A DNA stretch of 64,000 nt, taken from positions 166,219 through 230,218 of the forward strand of contig BK006935.2 in NCBI GenBank assembly GCA_000146045.2. The letters run 5' to 3'. This DNA comes from TPA_inf: Saccharomyces. Lineage: Eukaryota. Numbering within the stretch: the stretch's first letter is position 1; every line of letters starts with the position of its first letter. The translations under genes were made by a program, and so were the position numbers. Positions 46,601-56,945 of this stretch are shown here, piece after piece. The notes below the pieces were generated by a model, which worked only from the letters and a program-made list of their open reading frames with translations, was not told where the DNA came from and made no database searches.

Positions 46601-49600
46601 GCAAGGTCAGGAAAATATTTTGACAAAAACATACTAGTTTCATCCTTAGTAGTTGATTCTATGAATGCTGTACTTGAAAATATTGTTCATAAAATCCATA
46701 AGTTTTACCAACGGTATAATATCCTGCTATTAAATCTGCAATTGCTTTTGCGAAAAGAAGGAAAACATGCAAAACAAAAGCAAAAAAAAATTGGCACCCC
46801 AATTTCTTATAATATAATAATATAACGGAAGTACACCATGCTTTCAATAATAAGATGTTTCCTGAAAAGGGCAACTATCTGACTAGTTCAGAGCCATGCA
46901 AAAGTTAAGGATGAAAATGCCAAATAAGAAGATATTACGGAGTACATTCATTTCAAAAAGAAGAATGTATACTGCTTAGATAAGAAGATCAAGTTTTTAT
47001 ATTTCCGACCAAATAAGCCATCGAAAACTTTTGATGCACCAAACACCGTTCTTGAGAGCCAAGCACAGATGCAATTGTTCTGCCCTTCTTCCAAATTATG
47101 AATTGTGCATCATATCGTAAGGCCAGCCACATAAAAAAAAGGAGCAAAAAACTCAGTATACAGGCGAATATCCATCATACAGTCTAGCTGCCCTCACTAC
47201 TTCCAAAAAAATGGGCTAGTGTTGTACGGTTTATGCCATATATCTAGAGTTAGCATAACTATGCACTACCGCTTTTCGAACAAAAAGTTTGCGAAACCTA
47301 GTTCATTGAATATGACTTACCCAAAATGGATACCAAGATCCTAATAATAAAGTCAATAACTTGAATTTTAGGTGCCATTATTTCCAACAATCATTATAGG
47401 CTAACTCTACCAGCAGACAAGAATACCGTTCTTCTAGTTGAGCACATGGTCAAAATAGTCAATAAAAAACGCCCAGAAATGGCTGTAAATTAGTGTTTGT
47501 AGTACACAAAATAATTTCCTAATTCCTTCCAAATGGGGTTTTCAAAAAGCTGACTCACGTAATTGATCAATACTTCACTAAAGAAGAATCATATGAATAA
47601 AACTAAAATCAACACTAACTGAGAGACTTAGCGGCCAAAGCTTAATCATCATTACATAGAGTATATGAAGGGAGTAAGTGAATATGCAAGGGTGGGAAAC
47701 GGCAAAGCATTTTTATGCAAAAAGCGTATTTACAAATCCCGTAAACTCATGATGTGAATTTTGTAACCAGCTTTAGCTGAGATTATTTCTTTTGCAAAAG
47801 AAATATTCAATAAATTAACAATTTTCAAATAAATTACCCATCCATGGTCGATAACTTGCAAGAGAGATATCATCATTTGGCTTTTGTGATAAATTTACAA
47901 AACGTAATGTTGTATCGAGATATATTGAGTTACAAGTTTTCGTCTCTTTTTCCGAAGCGCCAGACTCCCGTATAAAAAATAAGGTTTATAGCGGGCATTA
48001 TGCGTAGATCAGGACTTAAATTTTTCATTGCAGAAGTCCAATTTCAGACTCAGTATGGTTTGTTGTAGTGCTGGTGTAAAAGATGGTGTTATTACTTAAG
48101 ACTGATTTGGTTGCTCAGGTATTTCATTCAATAAAATTGTGAAAGAGAACCTGGAATATAGAATGGAAATATATATCCTGCTACTAACCCCAATGGAAGG
48201 TGACGATCACTTCTTGTGCGTTCCAATCCCAGTTTTTGAATGTGCGAGTGGAAAAATTCTAGAGGAACAAATTGATATTTTCAAATCAGAATTCATCAAA
48301 TATATGTACTCTGTAAAAACCAAGGATGTGATGAAGTTGAGATATTGTCTTTATGGGAAATTGACTTCTTTGTTTAATATGAATAATGCAATTTTACTCC
48401 TCAGCTCAAGTAGTGTAAAGATTCAGTAGCCGTCATCAAATAGACTAAAAATTAAAAAATAAGATTCAATGTGGTATGATAATGATAGATGAGAAGAAAT
48501 TGCAAGAAAACGAATAAATACCTTGTCTCTTTGCACTGAATATCTTAAAGGACATACAGTCGCAATAACGTCTACTCATTGGTGTGTGTCAAAAACAGTA
48601 CGTTTATTATCTGGACAGCCAAAAAATAAGATCTATTCAAACATGGAATATAGCGTATTTTTATTTAATCACGGTACAATGGAGATATTTGCATGCCTAT
48701 AGAAACAAGTAATAGTTATCATATTATTTTCTAGATTTTGTCACTGAACTTTTCCACTAATGAATCCTATCAAAATTATATATCCAATATGGCTGCATTC
48801 CCAACTAAATATTAAAATGCCGCTAAGTATAAAATGTCTCCGCATCGGTAAAAAGCATTACAAATGCGTATTATACTAGCGAGAAAAAAGTATAAGTATC
48901 AATGCCAATCACCCTCTGACCATAAACTTTCTAAACATGAATAATAAAGGTGTTGAGAGTTATTATCCTAATTGATCAATTAATTTGAAGCAAAGTTATT
49001 ATGTTAAAGAAAAAGGGATGTCACAATCCTAACTATAATTTTTGCACTATACTCTGTAGGCGTACAAAATGGTTTGTACCGACTATATTCTCTTTATTTT
49101 TGACAATCCTTTACGATATATGATTAAGAATACCATGTTATTTTTATGAAAATCTGTGATTTTTTTGTTTTCATACACTTTTTATTTTTGTCACGTAGTG
49201 CACTTTGATTAATACAAAAAAAAATGCTGCAAAAGCATCGACTACATAAATTCATTAGGACGCATTCCTCATTACCACCTGGGTCTAATTTTTATTTTGA
49301 AATTGATATTATTCTTTATATGATGAGGTAAAAAGCATTATATTCGTTGTAAACTCATATACTTATCCTCATTTTAGGCACCATCAGGGACTAAGGGCTA
49401 AAGTATCAGAGCCGCATTTCAACAGTGTACAGAGATTTTAGAAACATTATCACGCACTGCCTTTTGCTTTGTTTACCCGTAATGAGTATACAGTGGATTT
49501 TCTGGTGCTAAAGCATATTGCCCTTTCGGCAATACTTGATGCCCTAAACATTTTCATCCTGGAACATACGAGTAAGAGCACATTTATGTGCCTATATTCC

Positions 49601-50938
49601 TCGTTTTTTACTGGTGCTGAATTTCTTATTTTCCACAGATAACAATCATGTTAATAAATTATGCACTGTGCTAATTTTTCAATTAAGGTTCTATTACCCC
49701 TCTATCACCGACAGAAACACGTAATGATGTGTTATTTCCATTATAATTCCGTAAGAATGGTGTTTATAGGTAGTCTAAAGAACGTGCATCAGAGAAGAAT
49801 AACTGTCGCAAAAAATGACTATTCTTTACCTTTTCAAACTTAACTGAGATAGTTATCTCTATTATTACCAGTGGCACACACGCGAACTACATCACTCACC
49901 ACTATCGTCTTAGGAACTCAAGATTTTATAGTAATGCAGCCGAAGACATTCAAGTCCTGAGAGAAAATGTAGACATTTTAAGAAAAGTACCGGAAATAAA
50001 GCACATGTAAAGCATTGAGCTCTGTACTCTATAAAAATTAGCTGCATTCAAACAACAATGTTTGAAATTTTTGCAAAAGTTATTGAAAAAGATTGCTGTT
50101 TTCAGCCTTGTTCAGATCATGTCTCAAAAATGAGAAACTGGAACTCTCATAATCAGTACCTCGTATTTTTTTTTCCTTATAGTTTCGTTATTAAAAATTT
50201 TTTTGCTGCTAATTTAAGTACGCTTTTGGTCATAAATGCTACCCACCAGTTGAATTATTGACATGATTAAAATACATTTCAGAACTTTACGGATTAAAAA
50301 CTTTAAAGAACCTTTCAATCCATGTTGCTGGAGGGCCATGAATCCACGAATTACAGCAAAAGAAGACAGTAACTACTTAGGGTTCAATAATTACTTGCAT
50401 AAACACACACTAACAACCAAATCGTACTAAAATTTGCAATTAACAAAACTCCATCATATCACGCTGAATTATGTAGGGCTTCTTAATGCAATAGGTTGCC
50501 TGAATTTTGCTTACTCGTGCTGCCGGGAACACTTAGCAGTTGGGAGGCCGTTTCTCCCATATATTTCATAATTTTCTGTCCTTCTTAGAGTAGGATGCTG
50601 AAAATCAAAAGAAGACCGTCAATAGGACCAGATTTTGTGGGTCAATTTTGGGCCAGACACATGATACCCTAGGAAGTTTAACGGTATACAACTCAAGGAC
50701 GAGGAGTATTCGGAAACTACCGGTTTTTAACAAGCTGCAAATTTCCAGTAGCTGTTTTGGTTGCGACTACGGATAAAAATTCATACTTTAGGAAGTGAAG
50801 CAAGATAAAAAATCATGCTGCATCCTAATTCGTGAAGTTTGTTAGGAATATTATTGTAAACAAGGAACCGTTTCAGTAAACTTGCTCTCTACTCTTCTAA
50901 GCTGTAATTTAAAAAAAGCGATAAAACAATGATTTTGA

Positions 50939-51274
50939 TTATCTGCAACTTCTGGAAACTCGAGATACTACGCTAGACGAGATACCTATTAATTGTTTTC
51001 CTAAAAAATCAGGAACAGTTCCTGGCAGCTTTCGGCTCCTTCTTGTTCTGGAAAGGATCTTCAAATCCGCTTCCACGTAGCAGTCCTCGCTACGACTTCT
51101 TCTGAAGTATTTTGATTTTTGGCTGCATTTACCTTTTATTGCCGAAAATCTTATTTTCCAAGAAAAAAGCTTATTTTGCATTAAGTTTAAAAAATTTCTT
51201 CTTTCCCGTAGATTGACTTGCAGCGTCAAAATTCCGGAGGCCTCACGAGATTTTTTGACATCGGTTTTTGACAT
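50939..51274 (-). CDS. YAR060C: Annotated small ORF of unknown function (111 aa within a 164-aa track ORF); probably non-coding and coincident with repeat copy C
   Basis: An ORF is present, but it lies entirely within a three-copy nucleotide repeat whose other copies do not preserve the frame. It is Lys/Arg/Ser-rich with no recognisable domain. Confidence 0.3.
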   Translation of the reverse strand: MSKTDVKKSREASGILTLQVNLRERRNFLNLMQNKLFSWKIRFSAIKGKCSQKSKYFRRSRSEDCYVEADLKILSRTRRSRKLPGTVPDFLGKQLIGISSSVVSRVSRSCR

Positions 51275-51440
51275 CTCTTTTTCCTTCCTTTTTCTTTCTT
51301 TTCCTGCGCACGCCGATAAAGAAGTAGTACAACAGACAACGTCAAAATGATCCTCTTGTGATGAAGCAAAAGAGGAAGAGTATACTCCTTTTCCGCTTGT
51401 ACAAATATTTTTTTTGATAATAAAATTTGGCACTTCAGAG
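51040..51440 (+). repeat. Copy C of the dispersed ~400-bp element, ~500 bp upstream of the YAR061W/YAR062W FLO pseudogene
   Basis: See copies A and B for the alignments. Same orientation in all three. Confidence 0.7.
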
Positions 51441-51906
51441 CTTATCGTATCTTCTCCCGGAGTTCCTCAAGACTTATACTTCAGCCCGTTTAGGAATGCA
51501 TAAAAGCAAATAGGATTCGTTACAACTGCTGCAGGACTCTTTAGGACTGCATCAAGGTAAGCCTCGCTGCACCTAAACGCAAAATGTGGTTGTAACCTTT
51601 TTAATTTTTTTCTTGAACTTGTTGAGTCGTAATAAATCGTTTCTGGGAAGTGGAAGGTAATAATGTAATGGAATCGGCGTTACTCGCATGTGCAGATATC
51701 AGCGACAAAAAGTGTTGTAGGGACGTTTCGATACCAAAATTTCCTAAATACAGCGCAGGAACATCACTACGCTAAACAAATCGTAGCGCATACATCTGAT
51801 CGAAAAAAGACAGTTCCCAAAACAATGACATATGAAGAGACCAGCATCAAAATTTTCATCATTAACAGCATGGCTAAAAGTTATTGTTTAATATACCCAT
51901 ACCTGA

Positions 51907-53110
51907 TTGACGAACCAAGAAATGCCTTATCACTATTTATTTTTGGCACTCTTCACCTACCTGGCCACGTCCAATGTTGTTTCAGGAAGTACACAAGCAT
52001 GCCTGCCAGTGGGCCCGAGGAAAAATGGGATGAATGTCAACTTTTATAAATACTCATTACTGGATTCAACAACGTATTCCTACCCGCAATATATGACTTC
52101 TGGATATGCCTCGAATTGGAATTAGGTTCCGTTGGCGGACAGACGGATTTCTCAATTGACTACGATCTTTCTTGTGTTATCTCTTCAGGAACTTTTAAAT
52201 GTGCTCAATCAGATGCTTATGGAAACTGGGGATGCAGAGGTCATAGTGAATGTTCAAAATAGCCAAGAAAGACCTATTGGAGTACTGATTTACTTGGTTT
52301 CTTACTATCCCAAAAAACGCTACTCTAGAAATGACAGGTTACTTTTTACCACCACAAACAAGTTCTTACACGTTCAGGTTTGCTAAGGTCGATGACTCTG
52401 CAATTCTATCAGTCGGTGGTAACGTTGCGTTCGAATGTTGTGCACAAGAACAACCTCCAATTACATCGACGGATTTTACAATCAATGGTATTAAGCCATG
52501 GCAAGGAAGTTTGCCTGATAACATCGGAGGGACTGTCTACATGTATGCAGGCTACTATTATCCGCTGAAGGTTGTTTACTCCAATGCCGTTTCCTGGGGC
52601 ACGCTTCCAATTAGCGTGGAATTGCCTGATGGTACTACTGTTAGTGATGACTTTGAAGGGTACGTTTACTCTTTTGACGATGATTTAAGTCAGTCAAATT
52701 GTACTATCCCTGATCCTTCAAAACATACTACTAGCATCGTCACAACTACTACCGAACTGTGGACTGGTACTTTTACTTCTACATCTACTGAAATGACCAC
52801 CGTCACCGGTACTAATGGTCAACCAACTGACGAAACCGTTATTGTTGCCAAAGCTCCAACCACTGCCACCTCATCCAGTTTGTCATCATCTTCTTCAGAA
52901 CAAATCACCAGCTCTATCACGTCTTAGCATCCAATTATTACTCCATTCTATCGCAGCAATGGAACTTCTGTAGTTTCTTCCTCAGTCATGTCTTCCTCGG
53001 TCATTTCTTCTTCTGCAACGACCTCCACTTCTATATTCTCTGAATCATCTAAATCATCCGTCATTCAAACCAGTAGTTCCACCTCTGGTTCTTCTGAGAG
53101 CGAAACAATC
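51907..53110 (+). pseudogene. YAR062W: FLO1-like flocculin pseudogene (annotated pieces YAR061W and YAR062W): N-terminal domain with frameshifts/stops, repeat array collapsed to one unit, abrupt 3' truncation
   Basis: MTNQEMPYHYLFLALFTYLATSNVVSGSTQACLPVGPRKNGMNVNFYKYSL... (51907-52125) matches the FLO1 signal peptide and N-terminus and then loses frame. 52331-52927 encodes [30 protein letters not shown]...[34 protein letters not shown]..., then a single 45-aa repeat and [18 protein letters not shown]. Homology to the FLO1 Ser-rich region continues to ~53110 and then stops. Confidence 0.85.
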
Positions 53111-53979
53111 TTAGTGATTGCTGGCATGTCATTAGCGACAAGACGCTTATTACCGTAGTAGCCCCCCAAGGCAAACATCTCTTTATCAGTAATATCCAAA
53201 GCTGTTCAACTTCTCGAATTGGCCCAGGAAAAGAGCATTGGGGCGGCAACTAACTCTGGCATACTTACAGTTTCTGCTCTTGACAGCGCTAAAAAAGGGC
53301 TTGTTTTGTAATGCCCGGTTCGCAATTCTACAAGTACCACGCACTAGCTGCTAAAAGTGTCTAACCTTGCGAACAAATCTGGACTTTCTTATGAGAATCC
53401 CATCGTCAAGAAACAAAATTATACAGACAGGCGTAAATGTAGCTCGTAAGCGCCTGATCAAGTAAGCCAAATGCGCTAACTTGAGGAAATATAGCCATCT
53501 AAATCTCTGCAACATGCCAATTCGCACGTGACTTGAAACTATGGAAAGTGTCTAGAAGATTACCAAGAACCACGTTATTTGAGAGAGGATGGCAAGGTGA
53601 CGACAATCACACCAAGACCACATTTTGGGTGCGCCTGGAAGCAAGACCTGAGAAACTGGGCCAAAATATTCAAACCAAGCATAAGATAGTTGGAGGTAGG
53701 AATACACTATCTAATCTGTGCTGATGAAATGCTGGCGAAAACGGGCGATGTAGTGGTACAGAAGGTGCCGGTTATCCGTTTGTCCGTTTTTCTTCATTTT
53801 TTTTTTGTTTTTCCCTTTTGTCTTTTGCACCGCTTATATATGGGTATGAAACAAGTTCAAGAATTTATAATGGAACCCAAAGGTTCAGTCTTTGTAGTTC
53901 GAGCGACATTGCGCGTTTCCTTAGAAAACGCTGGAAAGATATTCTTTAACGAGACGGAGTAATTCTCGTCAGGAATAGG

Positions 53980-54279
53980 ATGTTGATTGATTTTTGCTGT
54001 AGTTATATAGCAGGGACCCACGGAAGAGAGCGAGCGCCTTCTTTCACAGGGACTTTTGTCAGCCACGTCTCCGGGGAAAACAATTGCCGTCCGCGTCGCA
54101 GTGAGATTACGCAGCCGTGCGCTTCAGGGACAGAAAAGAAGCATTTCGCGGCTACGGAGAAACCGTGCACTAACTCTCTCGAGGGTAGCCGCAAAGATTT
54201 CTTGTCTCTTCCATTAGGACATAGCTATCTTTTTCTTTTCTGTTTTTGGCGTATGATCTGTTCTGAGCCAAAGTTATAG
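53980..54279 (+). CDS. YAR064W: Small ORF of unknown function (99 aa), weak coding evidence
   Basis: An ORF exists with an ATG start, but there is no domain, no homology I can recognise, and its composition is like the flanks. Confidence 0.25.
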   Translation: MLIDFCCSYIAGTHGRERAPSFTGTFVSHVSGENNCRPRRSEITQPCASGTEKKHFAATEKPCTNSLEGSRKDFLSLPLGHSYLFLFCFWRMICSEPKL

Positions 54280-54424
54280 ATCATTGCTTGAATAAGCACC
54301 TCACAGAGTAGGGATTGTATAGAAAGTAGCTGAGCGTCTGCCCACGTAACAAACAATCTTGCCCCTTCCCCGCTCTTGTTTTCGCGTGCCTCTTCTACAA
54401 TAATCTGGCCAGGCTGAATCGCGT

Positions 54425-54468
54425 TCTGCTGCTGCTGCTGCTATTGTTATTGTTGTTGTTGTTGTTTT
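54425..54468. repeat. Compound trinucleotide microsatellite (GCT)5-(GTT/ATT)n
   Basis: Direct read: tgctgctgctgctgctattgttattgttgttgttgttgtt. Confidence 0.9.
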
Positions 54469-54830
54469 GGCCAATTGCTTATGTGTTGGTCTGCAAATTA
54501 GCACCTCGTTCCCTGTTGGCAAACGCGCGCGTACAAGCCTTACAGGGCTTGAGAATGTTCTTCGTAGAAATGCATGCACAAAAATTCTGATCTAGCACAC
54601 CATCGGTCTCTGTAGCTTCGGGCTCTATAGCTATGGGTTAGGAGTCCGTGAGTAGTAACAAGAAGAAGTATATAAAAAGCAGGTAAATCGTACTTCAATA
54701 TGCTTCATTGTCACTGGATCGTCATATTCACTCTTGTTCTCATAATAGCAGTCCAAGTTTTCATCTTTGCAAGCTTTACTATTTCTTTCTTTTTATTGGT
54801 AAACTCTCGCCCATTACAAAAAAAAAAGAG

Positions 54831-55442
54831 ATGTTCAATCGTTTTAACAAATTCCAAGCTGCTGTCGCTTTGGCCCTACTCTCTCGCGGCGCTCTCGGTG
54901 ACTCTTACACCAATAGCACCTCCTCCGCAGACTTGAGTTCTATCACTTCCGTCTCGTCAGCTAGTGCAAGTGCCACCGCTTCCGACTCACTTTCTTCCAG
55001 TGACGGTACCGTTTATTTGCCATCCACAACAATTAGCGGTGATCTCACAGTTACTGGTAAAGTAATTGCAACCGAGGCCGTGGAAGTCGCTGCCGGTGGT
55101 AAGTTGACTTTACTTGACGGTGAAAAATACGTCTTCTCATCTGATCTAAAAGTTCACGGTGATTTGGTTGTCGAAAAGTCTGAAGCAAGCTACGAAGGTA
55201 CCGCGTTCGACGTTTCTGGTGAGACTTTTGAAGTTTCCGGTAACTTCAGTGCTGAAGAAACTGGCGCTGTCTCCGCATCTATCTATTCATTCACACCTAG
55301 CTCGTTCAAGAGCAGCGGTGACATTTCTTTGAGTTTGTCAAAGGCCAAGAAGGGTGAAGTCACCTTTTCTCCATACTCTAACGCTGGTACCTTTTCTTTG
55401 TCAAATGCTATTCTCAACGGTGGTTCTGTTTCCGGTTTGTAA
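54831..55442 (+). CDS. YAR066W: Putative secreted/GPI cell-wall protein N-terminal portion (203 aa), HPF1/YIL169C-like; terminated by a TAA with the frame open beyond it
   Basis: MFNRFNKFQAAVALALLSRGALG is a signal peptide, followed by a Ser/Thr-rich and beta-rich N-domain. The TAA at 55440-55442 is followed in the same frame by 1284 nt of open reading frame. Confidence 0.8.
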   Translation: MFNRFNKFQAAVALALLSRGALGDSYTNSTSSADLSSITSVSSASASATASDSLSSSDGTVYLPSTTISGDLTVTGKVIATEAVEVAAGGKLTLLDGEKYVFSSDLKVHGDLVVEKSEASYEGTAFDVSGETFEVSGNFSAEETGAVSASIYSFTPSSFKSSGDISLSLSKAKKGEVTFSPYSNAGTFSLSNAILNGGSVSGL

Positions 55443-56726
55443 CGTAGAGACGACGATGAAGGCTCTGTAAATAACGGTGAAATCAACCTAGACAATGGAA
55501 GTACCTATGTTATCGTTGAACCAGTTTCTGGAAACGGTACAATCAACATCGTCTCTGGTAACCTATACTTGCACTACCCTGACACCTTTACTGGCCAAAC
55601 TGTTGTATTCAAGGGTGAAGGTGTTCTTGCCGTTGACCCAACCGAAACCAACGCCACTCCTATTCCTGTTGTTGGCTACACCGGTAAGAACCAAATTGCC
55701 ATTACCGCCGACATCACTGCTCTTTCTTACGACGGTACTACTGGTGTCTTAACTGCAACCCAAGGTAACAGACAATTCTCTTTTGAAATTGGTACTGGAT
55801 TCTCTAGTTCTGGCTTCAGTGTCTCCGAAGGAATCTTCGCAGGCGCCTACTCATATTACCTAAACTATGACGGTGTCATCGCTACAAGCGCCGCATCCAC
55901 ATCCGCATCCACTACCTCTGGTGTTGTCTCTACTGCCACTGGTTCAGTCACTTTATCCTCTAACGCTTCTACCACCGTCTCTTCTACGATCTCTTCTAGC
56001 GCCCCAGACTCAATAATTCCTTCATCTAGCGCCTCTATCTCTGGTGTCTCAAACTCCACTACAGCATCTGGTTCAATCGCTTCTACTGCTTCCACCGCTT
56101 CCACTACTTCTACTGCATCCGCTGCATCCGCCACCAGCTTCACCTCAGGTTCCGCTTCTGTCTACACTACTACATTAACTTACTTGAATGCCACAAGTAC
56201 AGTCGTGGTTTCCTGTTCAGAAACAACCGACGCTAGCGGTAACATTTACACCATTACCACAACTGTCCCATGCTCATCTACCACTGCCACCATCACATCT
56301 TGTGACGAAAACGGATGCCATGTTCCAGCACCAACTGCTACCGACGCAACTGCAACCGTTTCCTCCAAGTCATACACCACTGTTACTGTTACTCACTGTG
56401 ACAACAATGGCTGTAACACCAAGACTGTCACTTCTGAATGTTCTAAAGAAACTGCAGCAACCACCATTTCTCCAAAATCATACACTACTGTTACCGTTAC
56501 TCACTGTGACGACAACGGCTGTAACACCAAGACTGTCACTTCCGAGGCTTCCAAACAAACATCATTGGCCACTAGCACAGTCACCAAGTCTGCTGCTCCA
56601 ACTTCTCATACTGCTGCTTCCAGCACCTTCACTGGTATTGTCGTTCAATCCGAAGGTATGGCTGCTGGTTTGAGAACCAATGCTTTAAGTACTTTGGCAG
56701 GTATTTTCATCCTTGCTTTTTTTTAA
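55443..56726 (+). pseudogene. Same-frame continuation of the YAR066W gene after the in-frame stop: central domain, Ser/Thr-rich stalk, 2 x [23 protein letters not shown] repeats, hydrophobic GPI-type C-terminus
   Basis: 54831 and 55569 are in the same frame, and I translated the 42 codons between the TAA and 55569 without finding a stop. The C-terminus ...[26 protein letters not shown] looks like a GPI-anchor signal. Confidence 0.65.
56188..56673 (+). CDS. YAR068W: Annotated 161-aa ORF lying in an alternative frame over the continuation of the YAR066W gene; doubtful as an independent gene
   Basis: Reading frame +1 relative to the YAR066W frame. Its Pro/Leu/Thr-rich translation is what a shifted frame over Ser/Thr/Ala-codon DNA would produce. 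Confidence 0.25.
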   Translation: MPQVQSWFPVQKQPTLAVTFTPLPQLSHAHLPLPPSHLVTKTDAMFQHQLLPTQLQPFPPSHTPLLLLLTVTTMAVTPRLSLLNVLKKLQQPPFLQNHTLLLPLLTVTTTAVTPRLSLPRLPNKHHWPLAQSPSLLLQLLILLLPAPSLVLSFNPKVWLLV

Positions 56727-56907
56727 AATGAGTGCGTAACCGTACTTTCCTAAAAATAACTAAGTAGAAAGTATTTTAATATATAAACGTCAGTGTAAAC
56801 ATTCAAGTGATTTTAACTTTACGCGGTTGAAGAATGCTGTGTTCGAACTATAAAGCGTCAGAAAAGATGGTTTAGCGAAGGCACCATTATGAAGATAGAC
56901 ACATTCT

Positions 56908-56908
<1 letters not shown>

Positions 56909-56945
<37 letters not shown>
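56909..56945. repeat. Uninterrupted poly(dT) tract of ~37 nt
   Basis: Direct read, in the intergenic region 3' of the cell-wall gene. Confidence 0.95.
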
